A DNA stretch of 24,000 nt from an uncultured Rikenellaceae bacterium (GTDB taxonomy: Bacteria; Bacteroidota; Bacteroidia; Bacteroidales; Tenuifilaceae). The stretch lies in assembly GCA_964509385.1 (NCBI GenBank), contig CAZDXY010000015.1:2953-26952 (forward strand), written 5' to 3'. The notes under the pieces are model-generated. The model saw nothing but the letters and a program-made list of their open reading frames with translations, did not search any database and was not told the DNA's origin. The position numbers and the translations under genes are program-made. Positions 21,867 through 24,000 of the stretch are shown one piece after another. Within the stretch, counting starts at the first letter, position 1. Each line of letters begins with the position of its first letter.

Positions 21867-24000
21867 CTAGAATGGGTATCCTATTCCAAAATTTAGCACA
21901 AAATCTGATCGTTTATAGCGTCGATTAAATGGAATCCAATGAACATTTTGACTTTCAAAATCACTAATAGTAGAAACATTTATTCCTGGATCATATACTT
22001 TTATTCCCAAGTCGAACCTAATAACAAAGAAACCCAAATCCATTCTTATACCTGTTCCTGTTCCTAAGGCAAGCTGCTTATAGAATTCATTAATCTTAAA
22101 AAGGGCTCCTGGACGTTCATCGGCAGATGAAATAGCCCAAATATTTCCTGCATCTAGGAAAAGAGCACCTTCTAACATCCAAATGAGTTTAAAACGATAC
22201 TCCATGTTTGCCTCCAATTTAATGTCAGCTGTTTGGTTTGGAATAATACCTTCCTTGGCTTCCACATAAGTTCCTGGGCCCAAACTTCGAGCATTCCATC
22301 CTCTTATTCCAGTAGATCCCCCTGAGAAGTATTTCTTTTCGAATGGTAAAGCTTTTGAATTACCGTATGGTAATCCTGCTCCTGCATAAGCACGATACAC
22401 GAATGTGTTATTCTCATCAAGGACATGGTTAAATGTATAGTTTATATCGCTACGAATAAACTGAGAAAAACTAATGTTGAAAATTTTATATGTATCATCC
22501 TCCGCTTTTTGGCCCCAGATTGAATAAGCACCATTTAGCATATTTCCAGAAAGTTCCAAATTTAACCTAACAATAGAAAAGTTATCTCTAGGACTTATCT
22601 GGTTATTATAAATCATGCTATAACTCGACAGAGTTACTAACTGGCTTATGTAGCTATTCTCGAGGTATGTATCGCGAATTATTTCGTAAAAAGATGAGGA
22701 GATGGAATAAATATTAATTAAATTGATCTCTGCAGGTGTTATTGTATGCGAAAACTTTCTTTCACCTCTCCAGTTATACCCAAAACTTAGCCCTGCAACA
22801 GTTCTGGTGTATTGAGGGCGATTCTGATAGTTGTAGGACGAAGATATCTGGGTTCGGGGATTATATTGACCAAGAACTTTTTGAAAATACTGGGGACCAA
22901 GAAATCGGGGAAATCCAAATCCAATCGAGCCTCCATACTCAAGAGCATTGTCAAATCCTGTTCGATCGGAGGATAAGATCTCTACCATTCCTCTTAGCTT
23001 AATATCGAAAGTTTCAGCACCTCTGAAAATATTTTTATGCTGATAGTTAAGGTTCCCTTCAATACCTATATCCGATGCAGAGTTTGTCCCAACCAAGTCT
23101 ACTTGATAACTTTGCAATGTATGAGGTGTAAGTTGAATATGGCAATTTATTTGTCCAAAATCCTTTCTCTCCGATGAAGCATTATTGTTAAAAAAAAGAA
23201 AATTATCATCAACAAAGTAACCATTGTCTTTTTCGATATATTCTTCAAAGAATACATTCACAACCCTATACAATCTCAATGACGCTAGTTTGCTTCGTGT
23301 AATCTTAACAGTACTCTCGGAGTAAAGATTTCCGGGCTTAATTAGATTAGAATTGGTTAATGTCTTTAACTTTATTCCAGGATCTTTATGAAAAACAAAA
23401 AACTGATTTTCATATCGAATTGTATCTAATAATTTGGACTGCTGATATTGAAAGAAATTTACCGGATCATAATTTGGATAGAAAAAAACATTATTTATTT
23501 CGTACTTTTTGTAGGTTTGAGGAATGCGCTCTCCAAATTGATCACGAATAAACCTATTCCTAATGTAAAGTTCCAAATCAACTTTCCTATTAGAAACGCT
23601 TGTGTCTGCATTAAAGGTTATAAAATCGCGTGAAAAGAAAAAGTATCCCTCTTCCTTTAAGAGTTTCTCTATTCTAATCCGTTCTTCTTTCAGAAGGTCA
23701 ATATCAAAATGGGCTCCTTTTTTCAGAATCCTATTAATGGTATCGTTAATAACTATTCGACGAATTGATGCATCCTCTATTACATAGCTAATTTTACTAA
23801 TCTTATATGGCAATCCAGGTTTTACTAAATAGGATACCTCTGCTTTTTTCCTATCGTATTCTGTACTATTAATAACATTTGAGTTATAATATCCCTTTGA
23901 ATCTAAAAATCTTTTAAGATTGGTGGTTGATTGATGGGATAGAAAAGTATCCAAAATAACAGGTTCCTCTCCAATTGTCTTTAGCCATCTACTAAAACCC
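21867..24000 (-). CDS. BamA/TamA-family (Omp85, surface antigen D15) outer-membrane protein; N-terminus lies beyond the window
   Basis: POTRA-like repeats are followed by a beta-barrel with GGSTGIRGW and a C-terminal FGIGYPF aromatic terminus. The ORF-track start (TTG at 23954) is an artefact. The frame stays open to nt 24000 (...GFSRWLKTIGEEPVILDTFLS...). Confidence 0.85.
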   Translation of the reverse strand, partial: GFSRWLKTIGEEPVILDTFLSHQSTTNLKRFLDSKGYYNSNVINSTEYDRKKAEVSYLVKPGLPYKISKISYVIEDASIRRIVINDTINRILKKGAHFDIDLLKEERIRIEKLLKEEGYFFFSRDFITFNADTSVSNRKVDLELYIRNRFIRDQFGERIPQTYKKYEINNVFFYPNYDPVNFFQYQQSKLLDTIRYENQFFVFHKDPGIKLKTLTNSNLIKPGNLYSESTVKITRSKLASLRLYRVVNVFFEEYIEKDNGYFVDDNFLFFNNNASSERKDFGQINCHIQLTPHTLQSYQVDLVGTNSASDIGIEGNLNYQHKNIFRGAETFDIKLRGMVEILSSDRTGFDNALEYGGSIGFGFPRFLGPQYFQKVLGQYNPRTQISSSYNYQNRPQYTRTVAGLSFGYNWRGERKFSHTITPAEINLINIYSISSSFYEIIRDTYLENSYISQLVTLSSYSMIYNNQISPRDNFSIVRLNLELSGNMLNGAYSIWGQKAEDDTYKIFNISFSQFIRSDINYTFNHVLDENNTFVYRAYAGAGLPYGNSKALPFEKKYFSGGSTGIRGWNARSLGPGTYVEAKEGIIPNQTADIKLEANMEYRFKLIWMLEGALFLDAGNIWAISSADERPGALFKINEFYKQLALGTGTGIRMDLGFFVIRFDLGIKVYDPGINVSTISDFESQNVHWIPFNRRYKRSDFVLNFGIGYPF

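Noticed and set aside
1551-23787. Remaining short overlapping ORFs in the track (1551..1745, 2656..2958, 4338..4755, 6055..6288, 8493..8693, 10882..11073, 12191..12388, 14198..14842, 15203..15546, 17254..17642, 17874..18125, 18793..19131, 22736..23787)
   Set aside because: Each is nested in or antisense to a much longer ORF with clear family motifs. None has an independent start context or recognisable domain.
1-24000. Mobile element, genomic island, CRISPR array, tRNA/rRNA or classical defence-system genes
   Set aside because: I saw no transposase, integrase, recombinase, nuclease, helicase, methylase or toxin-antitoxin signatures in any long ORF. I saw no regularly spaced direct repeats and no GC-rich structured intergenic segment compatible with a tRNA. 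The lower GC of 5222-12034 is only a hand-sampled impression and is not enough to call an island.

Overview
This is an AT-rich chromosomal segment. By eye it looks like an anaerobic member of the Bacteroidota: A-rich leaders without Shine-Dalgarno sites, several exact TAnnTTTG -7 boxes, DUF4249/DUF4369/CarboxypepD_reg-type genes and Hnd-type hydrogenase-associated genes. I support 18 protein-coding genes. I see no rRNA, tRNA, CRISPR array, transposase or integrase. In order, the genes are: a partial NuoF-like (HndC/HydB-type) flavoprotein and an HndB-like thioredoxin-fold [2Fe-2S] ferredoxin (minus strand); an M3 peptidyl-dipeptidase (Dcp-like) lipoprotein; a DUF418/YeiB-like membrane protein; a four-gene same-strand cluster at 5222-12034; a small membrane protein plus XRE-HTH bicistron; lpdA; a ZnuA/C/B-like metal ABC importer; a TPR-TM-PP2C (SpoIIE) phosphatase; meaB; a DUF4369-TlpA thiol:disulfide oxidoreductase; and a partial BamA/TamA-family outer-membrane protein that runs off the right edge. 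The best candidate for an undescribed system is the 5222-12034 operon. It encodes a TonB-dependent receptor with an N-terminal STN-like extension, a DUF4249 lipoprotein, a 760-aa barrel-less protein with MG2-like, CarboxypepD_reg-like and Plug-like segments, and a 239-aa secreted protein. The gaps between these genes are 12, 7 and 2 nt. There is no SusD, no enzyme and no sigma/anti-sigma partner. Directly downstream, a 41-bp near-perfect palindrome sits on a consensus promoter in front of the membrane-protein/XRE pair. All functional calls come from reading motifs in the translations. No database search was run.
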